NCBI GenBank assembly: GCA_002104905.1
Contig: MCFE01000084.1
Span: forward strand, 62,001-126,000
DNA length: 64,000 bases
Reading direction: 5' to 3'
Source: Basidiobolus meristosporus CBS 931.73
Taxonomy: Eukaryota > Fungi > Basidiobolomycota
The position numbers and the translations under genes were made by a program. Under the pieces are notes generated by a model. That model saw nothing but the letters and a program-made list of their open reading frames with translations. It was not told the origin of the DNA and searched no databases. Positions 1 through 12,562 of this stretch are shown here, piece after piece (positions within the stretch are counted from its first letter, which is position 1; the number at the start of each line of letters is the position of its first letter).

Positions 1-3000
1 ATCTATTGGATAGAATATCTACAAGGCATCCAAACTTAATAAGGATCACATGGTAAATGAAACTTGCAACTTCTTGTTCACTGGCTATAGGTACAGCTTT
101 AGCCACTGGCCATTTGGTGGCATAGTCAGTTGCTACTAGGATCCAATGTTTGCATTTCCTGGTAGTTTACAGTCTTCCATAAAACTCAATTCCCTGTCTT
201 GCAAATGGTCTTACAGGCCCCAAGGGAAAGAGTTCAGCAATCCTCTTTGGTTGGCCTTGGTTGATATGGCAATTTGGGCATGTTTTCACTAGCTTCTCAA
301 TGTCATGTTTCATTCTGGCCCACCATGCTCTGGCTTTCACAAGGCTATAGGTTCCTTCAATTCCAAGATTTCCATATCCATTGTGTAGCTTATGTATCAA
401 ATTCAGGCAAGCAACATAGGGGCCATAGGCAATAGGGCATCAATCAACTATTTGGTAGAGTGTTTCATCCTGTACTACAAATTAGCTGGCTGCATCCTGG
501 ATCATCTTCTTGATATCTTTATCCACTTCATTAGGAGTGGCTGGTCCTCCAAGTACTTTGGTAATGGGCTAGGCCACTCTGATTCATGCACCAAGTTGTG
601 CAACTTGATCTAATCTTGATAATGCCTCAGCATCCGTATTGTTTTTCCCAGGGCAGTGGACAATCTCCAAATCAAATTGCTGAATGTATTCACTCCATCT
701 TGTCATCCTTTCAGAGAGTACCTTCTGAGCAGATATAAACTTGAAGGAGGCTTGATCAGCCTTTACAGTGCATTTGATTCCTTCAATACAGCATCTCCAT
801 GTCTTCAAACTGTGTATTATAGCAAGCATCCCCTTCTCACACACTGGATACTTTGTTCTGATGAGTTCAGGTTCTTGGATTCAAAGGCTACTGGGTAGTC
901 CTTTCCCTTGTGTTCTTGACTCAACACTCCACCAATTGTACAATCTGAAGCATCTGTGCACAGAGTAAGCTCTTTTCTGAAGCCAGATATTCTTATGCTT
1001 GGCAGCTTAGCAAGTTCATTCTTGAGCATCTGGAAGGCAGTATCACAAGCTATGTCCCACTTGTAGGTATTGTCTTTCTTGAGGATATCAGTTAAAGGGG
1101 CTGCAACACTTACAAAGGACTTGACTAATCTCTAATAATAGGAAACCATTCCAAGAAATGATCCAAGCTCTGATATGCTATGGTGTTTCTTCAGATTCTT
1201 GATAACTTCACCCTTCTTATGGTCTAAAGTTATTCTTCTGCTAGTCACTTTGTGTCCTAGATATTCAACATGTTCCTTAAAGAATTCACACTTGGGCAGC
1301 TTGCCAAAAAGCTTGTTCTCTCCTAGCTTCTTCATGACCTTTTCAATGTGCACCAAGTGATCTTCTTCTGTCTTGCTGTATATCAATAAATCGTCTAGGT
1401 AGATTATCACAAACTCGTCTAAGTACTCCTAAAAGACAGTCTGCATCAGTGTCATGAATGTTGCAGGGGTATTGGTGAGGCCAAAACTCATGACTAAGTA
1501 CTTGTAATGCCCATATCTGGTCCTGAAAGCTGTCTCAGGGATGTCTTCTGGTTTCACCCTAATCTGGTTGTATCCTGACATGAGGTCAATCTTGCTGAAA
1601 ATAGTGGCTCCATTGAGTTGGTCCAAAAGCTCATCAATCCAAGGTATGGGGTACTTATTCTTTAATGTAACTGAGTTGAGAGCTCAGTAGTCAATGCAAA
1701 TCCTAAGTGTTTCATCCTTCTTCTTCACAAAAATTACTGGTGCTCCTCAAGGTGACTTGCTAAGTCTGATATATCCTTGCTCCAGTAGCTGATCTATTTG
1801 ACTCTTCATCTCTTCCAACTCCAATGGACTCATTCTGTAAGATGTCTTACTCACTGAAGGGCTGTCTCCTGTTTTGATGTCATGATCCATGTCTCTGACT
1901 GGTGGTAGTCCTACAAACTCATCTGGAAATACATCTGAATATTCCTTCAAAAGGGTCTGGACCTTCTGGGGTGCTCAAGTAGAGGAATCCTCCTGTAATA
2001 CTGCCAAGAGGAACATCTTGGTACCTTTTCTTTGTGCTCTACAGAAATGTGTCTTACTTAGCTCACTTGTCTCACACAAAATGAAATTGAGCAAGTTAAA
2101 ATCCAGTCTGGCAGGTAATAGCTTGTAGGTCTTGTTGTCCTTCTGGATCTGAGTAGAAGGGGTTCTCCAGCTGACTGATGGATTACAGCAAAATATTCAG
2201 GTTTCCCAAGTACAAGGTCAAACTAGCAGTTCCGAAATATATAGGCCTGTAGATCTTCTTCATAGTCACTGATCTTTATCCTTACTGGCTGAGTAATACG
2301 GTTGATTATGTGAGAGTTTCCATCAGCCATTGAGACTGAAGTTGATTTGGTGGGTTCCAAGTTGATTCTAGCTTTCAAAGCAAATTGCTCTAGCATGTAC
2401 TCATGCAATGCTCCTGAGTCAAGCATGATCTTGGCAGGCACTCCATTGATTACTCCATTCAAGTATAATAGCTTTCCTGAGTTTGAGGTCATCTGGGATA
2501 GGTATTCTTCTGTCAAATGGAAGATTAGTTCTGAATCTTCTTCAAGTTCCTCTCCCATGTTACTATGCTCCAAGGCTTCAATATGTCTAAAGGTACTTAA
2601 TGGCTGGTGTCCATTTCTTCTCTGAGGGCAGTACTTTGCAATATGTCCTTGCTGGTGACAATGAAAGCAAAGCCCTTTCTTCTTACATTCTTATGAGGTA
2701 GAATTCTTCTGTACAGTGTCTATTTCAATTGGCACTGCTTCTGATTGTCTTCTTTCATAGTAATTTTAGCCTCTGTGATTAGTCATTGTGGGCTTCCCAA
2801 CTCCAAGCATAGCTGAGCCATAGTCAATGGCAATCTTGATGGCTTCTTCAGTAGTCTGAGGTCTTCAATAATTCACTTCCATACAAGTTCTTTCTTTCAA
2901 CCCATCAATAAAGTACTTAACTTGGTCCAGAGGGACCATTCTTTCAATTTGTCCAAGTAGATATCTATATTCATAGATGAACTCTTGGACCACTCCTTTC

Positions 3001-3863
3001 TATCTAAGTGTCTTTAACTTTCTTCTTGGTAGTATCTGTTGGTATGGGGGCTCAAAGGCATCCTGAATTTCCAACACAAACTCATCCCAGGTAGAGATTG
3101 TACAGCATTCCATCATGGTGGCTGACCTGATCTTGTTGTGGTACCACTGTAAGGCTTCATCTGCCATGTAAGAGGCTATATAATGTAACTTGCTTTCTGG
3201 AGCAATTCCCTGAGCCTTGAAAGCTTCTTCAATCTGGAAGAGCCAAGTTCCCAGGTCTTCATTGACTCTACCATTGTACCAGTTGACCTTCACTCTAAAG
3301 CTGCTCTTGACAGGGTTTTGCTGGCTTTGGGCCACGGTAGTCAGTCCTTTTTGCTGCAGGCTAAGGATCTGGAGTAAATGTTGCTGCTGAGCTAGGATTT
3401 GTTGCATACCATTCTTCCATTCTTGATTTTTGGGCATCTTGAGGGAGGCTTCTTCTTACTTCAGGAGAGAGGTTTCTGGTTCTTGCTGCTACCAGTGTTA
3501 CAAGTCTTGGGATAAGAGTTATAGAGGAATAGGGAGCCTAGTTAGTATTGTATTCACTAAAACTTGAACTGATTTTTATTGAGGTTCCAGCAACTCCCTG
3601 TATACATTTGGCCCAATATATTGCTGACTAATTGTAACTCATAATGTAGGCTGTGGCTGATGACTCATTTGATACATCAGCATCACCCAATAAGATCCTG
3701 CTTAATATATCCATTCCTGTCTGATAAGGATCTGCTGATTCATTTGCTGACTAATGCTACTGATTTGATAGCTAATACTGTTACACTGATAGGCTAAACA
3801 TATAACTAATTGATTTGACTAATAACTGTTCTGATTTAAACATTCAAGCAGTAGATCATAACA
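1..3863 (-). mobile_element. Degenerate Ty3/Gypsy LTR retrotransposon (Gypsy-1); its 3' end lies outside the window
   Basis: Minus-strand ORF fragments in Gypsy order: gag (3000-3437, ALQWY...TWDEF), CCHC knuckle near 2650, protease (2223-2573, LDSGA), RT ([22 protein letters not shown]), RNase H (584-1029), integrase Zn-finger (167-400, H..C-x2-C). PBS TGGTAGCAGC at 3485-3494 follows the LTR. Many stops and frameshifts. Confidence 0.93.
3496..3863 (-). repeat. 5' LTR of Gypsy-1 (about 368 bp)
   Basis: TG...CA ends (TGTTATGATC...TGTAACA on the minus strand), adjacent to the PBS, and homologous to 6104-6473 in inverted orientation. Confidence 0.85.
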
Positions 3864-4577
3864 GTGTAATACTTGGCCAGTTGATAGGACAATGCTGATC
3901 CAAATAAGACAAATGGGATAAATCCAAATTAAGCATATTGGAATATAGGTAAGTAGTAGTTACTGCTACTCCTTGCCAAAATTATCACAGGATGAAACTT
4001 ACCCTGTATATGATAAAAATATATAACTCTCATATGGATGACAGCTTGACTCAGAGACTGTCCTGATACCAGCATGTGACAAAAGTTACATTGCATTCAC
4101 ATCTCAACATGCCAGCATTGTTTGGTGTCCAACTTGTCAGGAATTAGCCACTTTAGGTGGAAAAGATAGTTAAGACTCCATAAATATTTAGTTATTTACC
4201 CATCAAAAGAACCTTATGTAGCTCAACAAATATTGTGAAGCTGTAAAGTGTCAGGCTCAGTGTCAATCAAGTGTACATAATTCCAATATATGGGAGTGCA
4301 AACATTACAAACAAGAATTGAGGTCTAGATTGAAACATGTTTGCCAATGCCTCTGCCCTAGCACTTCATAGACACTCATTGCGCAATTACTCTTACACCA
4401 AATCCTGCTGATCTTTGATTCTCATCTACCTGAATATGCTACTAATCTAACAGTATCAGCGCATAAATCTTATGGTAATCCCACTGGTATCTGAGCCAAT
4501 AGCATGCTTGTGTGCTTTTCCAGAAATCATAGGTGGTTATGATGTCAAATGTGTGAGATTGGTGGGATATATTCAAT

Positions 4578-5310
4578 AGACTTGTTCTGTTGGATAGTGC
4601 CACATTGAGCCATGAGTGCCAAATGATGCCATAGTGTGCCAGAGAGACCAAATGAGCCTCTACCTGGCCACAGAGTGTGAAACATAGCTCTGCATCTTCA
4701 CGCAAAGCAGCCCCTGGTTTCACCCATTGTGTTGGAGAATATCCATTTTTTGACCTTTTTTGTTGGATCAATGTTGTGCAGGATGTGTTAGAGCACAAGC
4801 AGATTGAAGATATGCATCTGAGACTCAATACCCATGGCACTATGAATCCAGCTCCTGTAGCTTGTATCATGTCACAAAAATGAATGGCACTATCTTGATC
4901 CACTGGTACTATCTGGCACTATATTTAAATATTGGCCCTAAAGTAAGATCTATACAAAGCTCTTATAGTGCCAGATAGTACCAGTGGGCCAAGATAGTGC
5001 CATTCATTTTTGTGACATGATACAAGCTACAGGTAATTGATTCAGAGTGCCATGGGTATTGAGTACCAGATGCATATCTTCAGCTCTCCTGTGCTCTTAC
5101 ACATCCTGAGCTATATTGATCCACAAAAAAAGGTCAAAAAATGGATTTTCTCCTGCCCAATGGGTGAAACACAGGGGCTGCTTTACATGAAGATGCAGAG
5201 CTATGTTTCACACTCTGTGGCCAAGTATAGGCTCACTTGACCTCTCTGGCACACTATGGCATCATTTGGCACTCATGGCTCAATGTGGCACTATCCAATG
5301 GAACAAGTCA
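4578..5310. mobile_element. 733-bp foldback (giant inverted-repeat) element, copy A
   Basis: Arms of about 346 bp (4578-4923 and 4964-5310) around a 40-bp spacer. Ends AGACTTGTTC...GAACAAGTCA. AAT on both flanks (4575-77, 5311-13). Confidence 0.9.
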
Positions 5311-6103
5311 AATATCTTAGAGACATTATTATTATTCAAGCACAAACATTAAGAGTATGATGTTCCCACAAGTAAACCTATAGAAGTAAGCATACAAGAG
5401 CATCAAAGTAGGCAAACCATGCACCATTAGCCAGAATATGGATTTAATCCAAACCCAGTGATAAATGCCTAGTGAAAAATAACTTGGTTGTGCAAGTGGA
5501 CTCAATCCTGATCAGCCATCAGGATCCTGCAATGAGGCCACTTTTTATCCAGTAGGCTTGTTTTAATGACCTCCTGTACAATGTTATAAAAGGATTCTAA
5601 AGTGTTTTGCTCATTCAGCTGCTAACTAGTTAAATATACCTACAATATGTGGATGGTCCTTGGATGGAGTTTGGATTGAACTCTGATGGTCCTATTGAGT
5701 CCTACATTTATCTGATTATACCCAACAAGCCAGCTCATGCAAATATATATTAAGTGGGAAGAACTTGAGGGGTTATTGATAGCTCCTTTGCAGCCATTTG
5801 TCAGCATTATAACAGCCTTACTGCAGTCAATCACTTGTACTGCAGAGTAGTCCTGATCAGTTGGTTAGTGTAGCTTAATACTAGCTAGCTGAAATGCCAG
5901 ATTGATCTGACACTCATCAACACTAACAGGCACTATAATATTTACCTTGCTACCAGTGCTAGAATTAAGCTACAGGTATTTCTACTTAATCTTTCATATA
6001 ATGCACCAAATAGTGCATTTCCTGTTTATTAACTCTTCATAATGATCCTGAAACATTCCTGCTGGTGGATGTTGTCTGGCTTAAATATATTGCTCATTAC
6101 TGG

Positions 6104-6473
6104 TGTTATGATCTACACCGTGAGTGTGTAAGTCAGATCAGTATTTGGTTAAATCAGTTAGTCTTATATTGAGCCTAGTGGTAAATAAGTGCTACCTATT
6201 ATATCAGTAGTATTGATCTGAAGACAAATCAGCAGATCCCCATCAGACAGCAACAGATATTTTAAGTAGGACCTAAGTGGGTAATGATAATGCAAGCAAA
6301 TAAGTCATCAGCCACAACCTACCTTAGGAGATACAATTAATCAGCAATTGATCTGGCAAAAATGTATATAAGGAGCTGCTGGATCCTCAATAAAGATCAG
6401 TTCATGTTTTAGTGAATACAATACTAGCTCAACTCCCTATCCCTCTACAACTCTTATACCAAGGCTTGTAACA
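6104..6473 (+). repeat. Isolated LTR of the Gypsy-1 family
   Basis: TGTTATGATC...TGTAACA. Reverse-complement homolog of 3496-3863. No TSD match found. Confidence 0.8.
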
Positions 6474-6479
6474 TAGCAA

Positions 6480-9453
6480 GTGAGCCAATTGGTGATGAAT
6501 CAGCTTGTTTTGGGCCTAAAATACTCACTTCCAATCAGATGGAGTGTCTGTCAGGGGTGCTTATATGGCAAACAAGCTAGGCAACATTCCAGAAGCTTGG
6601 GAGGCATTGACACTACAAAAATATTGGCAATTGTAAACTCAGACATATGTCTAACCCTGAGACCAATATCCTTTGGAGTCCAGAAATACTTTTGATAATT
6701 ATTGATGAGCAGACAAGATATATATGGGTGTACTTCCTTAAAACAAAGGATGAGGCTTTAGAGACATTTAAGCACTTCAAGAACAATGTAGAAACCCAAT
6801 CTGGGTGTATGTTGATGGTACTTTAGAGTGGTAATGGAGGGTAACACTGCTCGAAATAGTTTACAAAGTACTGCCCATTTGCTGGTATACTCCTACAGTC
6901 CACTGTTCCAAATACTCCCCAGCAAAGTGAAGTAGCAAAATATGCCACTAGAACAACAGTGAAGATGGGAAGATCTTTGCTACATGATACAGGAATGGGG
7001 TACAAGTTTTGGGCCAAATGTGTTACTGTCATGGCACACATTAAGAGTAGATGACCAACAACAGCACTACATGATTCTACACTTTTTTAAGCATGTACAG
7101 GCAAGAAACTAGTCATCTAGCACCTCAGGATCTCTGGTAGCAAAGCTCTTTATCATATTCCTGACTAAGAATGGCAAAGCTGGAACCGCAGAGTAGAAAA
7201 GGGATCTTTGTTGGAAATTGTGAGGATACTCAAGGTAAAGAATAAATGATGGCAAAATTCAGAGCTGATTTTGAGCAGGGATGCTGTATTGGAGGAGAAT
7301 GCAGATTGGGAAGCCCCTAAAATTGTTAGCCAGCTTTCTGATGATCCAATCAATACTGATGAAGAAGATGTGTACCTAATTCAGCCAGACACAAAAGATA
7401 ATTCTATCAGTTCCTGATCAGAGCAGATTATCCCAGTTAGCAGATATACCAGAACAAAAATTGTCCTGGATCATGGTTCCATACATTAAATGATCATGAA
7501 GAAGCTAATCTTGCGTTATGTGCCAAACTTCACAATATGGAACTGGCAATGTAAAGTCCACATGATACTTGGTGGCAACAAGTCATGCAGGAGAAGTGAC
7601 AACCACTGATCAAGGCTAAAATGTGGGAACTAGTAGATTTACCAGATGGGAGAAAGCCAATGGCATGTAGATGGGTCAATAAGATTAAGATGACCTCATA
7701 TGGTAACAATGATACGTAAATGGCTAGATTGGTGGCCAAAGGCTGTTCCCAGATCCAAGGACTAGACATTTAGGAAACATTTGCTCTGTTACCAAGTATA
7801 ACTCCATTAGAAGAGTTCCAGCACTGGCAGCTGTACACAGTGTAGATCTACACCAAATGGATGCCAAGATAGACCTCCCAAATGAGGATCTGCAAGAAAC
7901 TATACATAAAGCAACCAGAAGGTTTTACCAATCCAAAAAGCCCCCATAAGGTGTGCAGACTTGGCAAATTGTTATATGGGCATAAGCAGGCACCTAGAGA
8001 ATGGCACAGCAAGATTGGCACATATCCAGGGTAAATTAGGTTCATTGGTAGCACTGCAGAACACATTATGTATTTGAAACAGCTCAGAAAGGGTGTGATC
8101 ATCCTAATTCTCTATGTTGACAATCCAATAATAGCTACCAGTAACCAGGAGGTACTTAAATATAAAAAATTAGATCTCCTCAGCAAGTTCAAGATGAAAG
8201 ATCTTGAAAATGAGCTATTTTCTAGGTAGCAAAGTAATAACTGACATCCCTACACAGAAAATTGTGCTTAATCAGCCCAAGTATAGTATGAACACTCTTA
8301 GAAGCTTCAAAATGAAAAATTGCAAACCTACAGCTATCCTAATTGACAATAACCTGAAATTGAGCAAATCCTAGCCAGTTTTAGGCAAAAAGGCACAGAT
8401 ATGGATCAAAATGTTCCTTATCAATCAATGACTTGTAGCCTGGTGTATTTGATGTTATCTACATGTCAGGATTTTGCAGTCGCCTTTGGAATAAGCAGTT
8501 GATTCTTGCAAAATTATAGATCAGATCAACTTACAGCTGTTAAGCAGATTTCAGATATTTATAAGGTACTATAAATATGTTACTAGAGTACTCTGGAGCA
8601 GCTAATAGGCTAAATTTGGATGGTTAAAGTGATTCAGATTGGGCCAGAGATCTGTTTGACAGATGATCTACCACTAGATATGTATTTCTATATGCTGGTG
8701 CAGCTATCACTTGAAATTGCAAGTTACAATCAATTGAGTGCCTATATACAACTGAAGCTGAGTATATGGCTGCTTTTCAAGCAACTAAGGAGGCTATATG
8801 GCTACAAAATTACTTGGGCTTTAACTCAGATGAACCAGCATGTATTCACTAGCATAAGCAATGTTGTATATCACTAGCTAGGAATGCTACTAATCATGCC
8901 AGAACTTAGCACATGGATATAAATCACTACTTTGTGAGGGAGGCTGTAAAAAACAACCAAGTAGAGCTAGTTAACTGCCTAACTGACTAAATGGTGGCAG
9001 ATGTAATGACAAAGCCCCAGGTAGTCTGCTTATTTGTGATCTCAAACAGGAATTAGGATTATGAATTTATTTAGGTGAGGGGGAGTCTTGAGATATTGGA
9101 GTATTTGGTATCATTAAGTATCTAAAAGTTTATTTAACAATTCTGTAATAGTCTTGGTCACTGTAGGCCTTACTTACAGCCCTAACTTTGCACTTTCTTT
9201 AGATTTATGATCCAATGATTATCAACTTATAGTCAAGATCAAATTAGCAAATTTACAAGACAAGATGTACCTATCCTGAAACTGTTACAGATTGCTCCTG
9301 AATATTGAGAAGCCCTCCTTAGTTGGTGTTACAGTTGAACTATCTCTTCAAAGGTATATGTACTGAGCTTCTTTATGAATAAACAATAGTTCAACTATTG
9401 TCACTACTTCTTGATAAGTTGCTTATATCCAAATCACTTCCTAAATTGCAACA
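6480..9453 (+). mobile_element. Degenerate Ty1/Copia element (second Copia family), 5'-truncated, with 3' LTR at 9086-9453
   Basis: Remnants of integrase (CQGCLYGKQAR, NSDIC, YIWVYFLK), RT (about 7550-8450) and RNase H (about 8600-9060). PPT AGGTGAGGGGGAG at 9073-9085. LTR ends TTGCAACA at 9453. Confidence 0.85.
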
Positions 9454-9640
9454 GGTTAAGAGCCTCACCTACCTCTATCTATTCTAAAGATGACCTCTAC
9501 CAGCAAGTAGAACTATACAAACCTCTTCCCTCAAAGGAGAGTTCTTAGACCATAGTGCATGATGTATCAGTGGTGCTAACTGGCTTTCAAGTGCAGTATA
9601 CACAGGACTCATCAAAGTATGAAACAGAGGGTAACTAAAT

Positions 9641-9800
9641 AGACTTGTTTAGTTGGATAGTGCCACACAGCACCATAAATGCAAAATAGTGCCACAGTGC
9701 ACCAGAGAGGCAAGGCAGACCTGTTCTTAGCAGCAGAGTGTGAACCATAGTTCTGCATCTTAATGCAAAGCAGCCCCTGTGTTTCACTCAGTGTGCTAGA
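9641..9800. mobile_element. Truncated left arm of the foldback family, copy D (right boundary approximate)
   Basis: AAT followed by AGACTTGTTT.GTTGGATAGTGCC. Homologous to the arms of copies A and B for about 160 bp. Confidence 0.8.
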
Positions 9801-9810
9801 GAAGTTTTAT

Positions 9811-12396
9811 TTATTCACACATCTGCTCCATAAGAAGCCCCAAAAAGGTGAAGCAAGGCCCAGTACTTGCCACACACCAAGCAAGATGGAATAGAGAATG
9901 GACACAGTAGTGACAGAGATCTACATGTTCAGCTTGATGTTTGTAGTATAGCTGCTCAAATTCCATTACAAACTCTTTGCACAACAGCTTTAGATGCATC
10001 AAATTAGTATTGGTGATCCACTTCTGAATAAATATTCCTACAATGTCCACACATGACTCCCAGTGCTTGCAATGTATTCTTGGTGTGAATGACTTCAGAA
10101 CACCACCAGAATAAATACAAATCCAATTAATCCAGTCTTTGCATTTGTATTTTGCCTATGCATATGAATATTGATTGGAGCCCATGAGAAGTACCTAGGG
10201 CAGTAGATACTCTGCAATGTCTTACCAATTTTTTCAAATTTATATGGTGTCTCAAAGGGCTCATTTAGCTTGAAATGCCCCATGTACAACTTGGTCATCA
10301 GTATAGGGATATTGTTGTAAAGCAAATGCATTGCTCCCAGTGGACAGTTTTTGCTCCAACAGATACCCTCTATCTTAAGTGTCTCTGGTTTCCAATTGAT
10401 TCCATATTCAGGCCAGTGGCTTATAGCTTGCCAACTTTGCTACAATTGCATGCTGACTTCTGTATGTTCTCTCTGTGAGAAGATTATGTTCTTAGTGTTG
10501 GTGTTTAGGTAATAATAATGTGGGTGAGTTATGGAGTAAAGCCTCTGGATCTCACACATTCACCAGCAGTGCCCTTTGTTGTGCCCAGAAAAGCTGGCTA
10601 TCTTGCTGATGGCAGGGATATTGCCAATGCAGGTAATAATATGTGCTTTAACATGATGGCCATTTACTGTTATCCTGCTGGAAAGCATACAAGATTTATC
10701 CAGCAATGGATACAGGTAGCTATCCAAGTTGGACAGTGACTTGAACCCAGATACCAGTGAGACTACCATCAGATTTTTGCTCTGATACCATAAGATTAGC
10801 AGCAGATTCAGGTTGATGAGAATCAGTGGCCAGCAGGATTTGCTGGCAGAGTACTTGTTTAATGAGTATCTGTCAAGAGCTAAGGCAAAGGTATGGTCAT
10901 ACATACCTACAAATTAACCCTGGCTTCTTAGCCAATTGTAATGTTTGCCATCAAATATATTAGATATGTTGGTGCTTCATTTATGCTGAGTGTGGAACTT
11001 TATAGCTTCACAATGTCATGATCACATGACAACCATGAACACCCATGCCAAATTTCAGCTTCCTAGCTCAATTTCTAAGAAATTCCTTCTAGAACCTTCT
11101 ACCACCTTCCAGAAAGTTCCTGACCATTCCAAACCATTGTTACACAATGGAACATTCCATGGAAGCTTTCCATTGTATTTTTCATAGTCCAGTACCATAT
11201 ATGGAAGTACTAGGTCACATGACTTAGTCACATGATCAGGTGACCCAATCCATTTCCCCATCCTGTCTCAGTGCCGTGTCATCTATATCATTATCCCCAG
11301 CACCATTGCTGTGCCTCACCCCACAACCCCATTAGTATTAGCTAATATCTCTTGGCATCAGTATAGCCAAAAAGTATATATAGTCCTATCCCCCCTTAAG
11401 TATTCCTCAGTCTGATAAACACCGGTCTTGAATAAACAGCCTTGCCTTGGAAATCCGCCTTGCCTTGTTGATCCACACCTAAGTCCTTTCCTGGTCCTGC
11501 CTTGCCTAGCTCTACTCTCCTGCCTTGTGTCTATTCATAACACACAATATTTGTTGGACTGCATGAGCTTCTTGAGACAGGTTATTACCAAAATATATCT
11601 GGAGTGTGAGCAATACTTTCCCTCAATGGTAGTGGATTTCTGTCAATCAGGACCTGTTGCAATGGTGGCATTTTTGTATATGAATGCAATGCAGCTGTTA
11701 ACACAAGCTGGAATCAGGAGAGTCTCTGGGTCATATACTGCCAGCCATGCAACAGTTGTCCACTTGTACCATGTGCATGGTAAGTTGCTTCCCAGAATGA
11801 TTTTGGCAAGAAGTAGTAGTAAATTATTAAAGCCCCCATTACCAATATTAGTGGAAATGCACTACTTCTTTAGCCACAACACTACATCACTCACCAGTAG
11901 ATGGATCACTAGACTCACTTGGCTCCACAATGTATCACCAGCATTTGTTTCAATGGGTGTTATCTCATTGCATATTGGATTTTGAATGGGCTCATGTATG
12001 GTCCATTAGTGAGCCTTATTCGTGTGAACTCTTACTCTGCATACCATATTCAGAAGGCTGAGGTGAGCCTAAAGGCATCACAAACTTACCTGACTGAGCT
12101 TGTGTGAGGTGGCAAAGATGGCCAAGTACCAATGTAGATATATAAACTGGCTAGCAAGATGATGTTGCTACAATAGTGACTGATGAATGGTCAGGTATGA
12201 CTTGTGTGGCAAAACACTGGCTGTGATCCTTGTAATACTTCCTATGCTGTCTGCATGCTACATGGCTGAGAGGCTTGCTACAACAGCCACATGGTCTTTT
12301 CCTCTTCTCTTGCAGTGTTGAATCAATGTAGCCATTTCTATGGGGCTGACTGTTTGACCTTCTGCAATGTAATGCTATATCTGACTTTTTGGTCAA
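9811..12396 (-). pseudogene. Tnp2/Transposase_21 (CACTA-type) transposase pseudogene, interrupted by a solo LTR
   Basis: Fragments match the family pattern: N-terminal C-x-C-C...HR (12151-12396), CVNSCIAF (about 11690), WPLILINLNL...LDSYLYPL...GNIPAISK..FSGHN (10560-10904), MHLLYNNIP..LYMGHFK (10095-10331), FEQLYY..HSLFHL..TGP..MEQMC (9811-10050). Confidence 0.85.
11014..11542 (+). repeat. Solo LTR (529 bp) inserted in the CACTA transposase
   Basis: TGTCATG...CATAACA flanked by a perfect 5-bp TSD CACAA (11009-13, 11543-47). Confidence 0.9.
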
Positions 12397-12562
12397 TACT
12401 CATGTGAATTAAAGACAGTCTAGTATTTGAGACATTGCAGCAACACAAATGTAAGACCCAATGATTACCAGCCATAGTAAGCAATATAAATCAAGTTGTG
12501 GCACCACATACACATGTATATGCAACACTATCTCCCCTTTGGTATAACTCAGTTCCATATAT

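Noticed and set aside
4442-5240. ORFs over the foldback elements (also 23080-23458, 23907-24128, 28314-28604, 53493-53830)
   Set aside because: They are mirror-image frames produced by the palindrome, are not conserved between copies, and contain no protein motifs.
3870-6100. Possible LINE RT remnant around foldback A (YHKIYALIL...SAGF)
   Set aside because: The resemblance is too weak. Left as unclassified CpG-depleted debris.
9641-9811. Foldback arm D as the left terminus of the CACTA element
   Set aside because: The transposase is truncated at the junction and the element's other end is CACTG, not GTCT. Adjacency through deletion is more likely, although a link is not fully excluded.
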